Part shown: in pieces, positions 62,220 to 64,000 of the stretch
How positions within the stretch are numbered: position 1 is the stretch's first letter
Layout: every line of letters begins with the position of its first letter
NCBI RefSeq assembly: GCF_035084215.1
Contig: NC_090339.1
Coordinates: 25,296,001 to 25,360,000, forward strand
Length of the DNA: 64,000 bases
Origin: Heptranchias perlo
Taxonomy: Eukaryota
Reading direction: 5' to 3'
Translations under genes and position numbers: made by a program
The notes under the pieces: generated by a model
The model's database searches: none
What the model saw: the letters and a program-made list of their open reading frames with translations, nothing else
What the model was told of the DNA's origin: nothing

Positions 62220-62301
62220 TTAAAAAATTTGGTTGTTTTCACTTTGTGGTATTTGTTTTAAAATTTCCATTTTTTGATCCTTTGAAATTATTTCTCCTCT
62301 G
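62220..62301 (-). CDS. Candidate last coding exon of an unidentified convergent gene
   Basis: gattactgcattttacag|C AGA GGA...TTT TAA = (I)RGEIISKDQKMEILKQIPQSENNQIF*; phase-compatible with 62416-62511 across a 114-nt GT-AG intron. Confidence 0.4.
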
Positions 62302-62415
62302 CTGTAAAATGCAGTAATCATCATATAGCTCGTCAAATCAATCTCAAGATGAAGAACCTCAGCCAACTTCTCAATGTCAGACTATTTCACTTCATTGTCC
62401 AGTAAGAGGACTCAC

Positions 62416-62511
62416 ATTTGTTTGAAAACAGATGTCCTGAAATCATATAATTTCACAAAGTATGCAATGCATCTTGACAATGCTTTATCTGCTTCCTCCT
62501 CAAATTTACTC
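62416..62511 (-). CDS. Candidate penultimate coding exon of an unidentified gene
   Basis: tctctctttcgaatag| 96 nt |gtgagt; only one frame open: SKFEEEADKALSRCIAYFVKLYDFRTSVFKQ. Confidence 0.45.
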
Positions 62512-62575
62512 CTATTCGAAAGAGAGACATTGCGCAAAATAGCTTGAGCTGATCGTCCATAGAGCTTGTCCTCTT

Positions 62576-62920
62576 TCATAATATCATAGTAGGTACAGCA
62601 CAAGAGGAGGCCATTCGGCCCATCATACCTGTGCTCTTTGAAATGGCTGTCCAATTAGTCCCATTCCCCTGCTCTTTCCCTATAGCCCTGTAAATTTATT
62701 CCCTTCAAGTATTTATCTAATTCCCTTTTGAAAGTTACTATTGAATCTATATCCACTACCCTTTCAGGCAGTGCATTCCAGAGCATTTCCTCACCACCGA
62801 CGTTAGGCTGACTGGCCTATAATTGCTGGGTTTATCCCTCTCCCCTTTTTTGAACAGGGATGTAACATTTGCAATCCTCCGGCACCATCTCCATATCTAA
62901 GGAGTATTGGAAGAATGAAA
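62576..62920 (-). mobile_element. CR1 3' fragment with internal deletion
   Basis: Reverse complement of the CR1 3'UTR (ggaggccattcggcccatc) followed by an ORF2 remnant. Confidence 0.85.
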
Positions 62921-63559
62921 ACCTTCTATGACACAGTCTAGTTCTGTTCAGTTGGCATCTTTGCATTCTAGCTTTTTGAGTGCTTCATAAAATGTAACAA
63001 AGAGGAAGAGGCTCCTGATCATTCTCACTGAATGCTTCCCATATAATCTTGGCCCATTCTTCTCCCCCCCCCCCCCCCCCCCCCCCTTGAAAACGAAATG
63101 CCTTTAATTTAAGCCTGCATTGCAGGACTCATTCTGTCGCAGGCAGAGGAACAGTTATCTTGTTGGCACAGGATGCAGTTCCTTTTACTCAATTTCTACA
63201 AAGTAAAAAATTAAACTGAAAGATTGGGCATGATTCTTACTGAGCTGGGGATTGGAGAAGAGGGAGGGAGGGATCATGGGCCATGGAGGACAAGGGGATG
63301 GGGGAGGGGGGGTCTGATGCCAGAGGTGGAGATGGGGAGGGGGTGGGAGCGCTGATGCCGGGAGGAGATTGACGGCAAATGAAGAGAAACAACTATAAGC
63401 CCTCTTGACAGCTGATGAAGATATTTGCCTAGCTCTCTCCAGAGCTGCTATAAAATGACAGGACTCCTCCCTCCACTTTTCTATATAATAGTTCCATCCC
63501 ATAATCAATACAAATCCTCACAGTCAATCCTGTTGCCAAATCTTCAAAGAGATCGCAGA

Positions 63560-64000
63560 GGTTGGAGGTTGGTTGCAGATTGGGAGATGAGATCTGCGAT
63601 TGGGTGAAGAGATCGGAGTTCGGGTGAAGAGATCGGAGGTCGGTCGCAGTTCGGGAGAAGAGATTGGAGGTCAGGTGAAGAGTCAGAGGTAGGGGAGGTC
63701 CACCATCGGGGGGGGGGGGGGGCTCCAAAATTGTTGGGGGCAGGGGTTGGCCGATCACAAGGGTCCTGGCGCACCAGGTGAGCTTATTGGGCCTGGATGA
63801 TGCACTCCTGCTCCTCCTGCCCCACGAGCAGTGCAATAAAGGCACTCACCTCATGGATCCGGCCCTCCTCGCCTGCTTTCACCTGATGTGAATCAGGAGC
63901 GATGGAAAACCCGAACAGGTTTGTTTGACATTTCTAAAACACAAAAAATTAAGTGCCATTGCTATTGCAATGAGGTACATTGCCCCTTTATATATCGGCC
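63560..64000 (-). mobile_element. GC-rich repeat of the 32751/55756 family, running off the window; contains about 20-bp tandem units
   Basis: gagatcggag...gggtgaa iterations; caatgaggtacattgccccttta is the reverse complement of 32944-32966. Confidence 0.6.

Noticed and set aside
63100-63450. Further minus-strand acceptor-like sites as upstream exons of the unidentified gene
   Set aside because: No convincing phase-compatible GT donor was found

Overview
Vertebrate genomic DNA, most likely a shark or other cartilaginous fish (inferred from the CR1 with (ATTCTATG)n tail, Deu-type SINEs and Penelope-like repeats). Three recognisable host genes: the first coding exon of PIN4 (minus strand, 329-371, missed by the ORF track); a complete 4-exon, catalytically intact group XII secreted phospholipase A2 (PLA2G12A-like, 4607-11826, 186 aa); and PRRG3 (CpG/ZNF143 promoter near 24 kb, Gla exon 44207-44367, TM/PPxY exon 47048-47602). 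Two possible terminal exons of an unidentified convergent gene lie at 62220-62511. The rest is repeat-rich: a young CR1 LINE with intact ORF2 coupled to ORF1 by TAATG, L2/CR1/Tx1 fragments, SINEs, Harbinger-like MITEs, a hAT fossil and a minisatellite. Most notable: (i) four young Penelope-derived fold-back insertions, each with a 12-14 bp TSD and a minimal hammerhead ribozyme, two with junctions at the predicted cleavage site; (ii) a PLA2G12A-like gene between two genes that are X-linked in human, possibly a third PLA2G12 paralogue; (iii) a PRRG3 start codon that may be assembled by splicing; (iv) a 212-bp inverted duplication downstream of PRRG3. All homology calls are from recall, not database searches; boundaries of old repeats are approximate.
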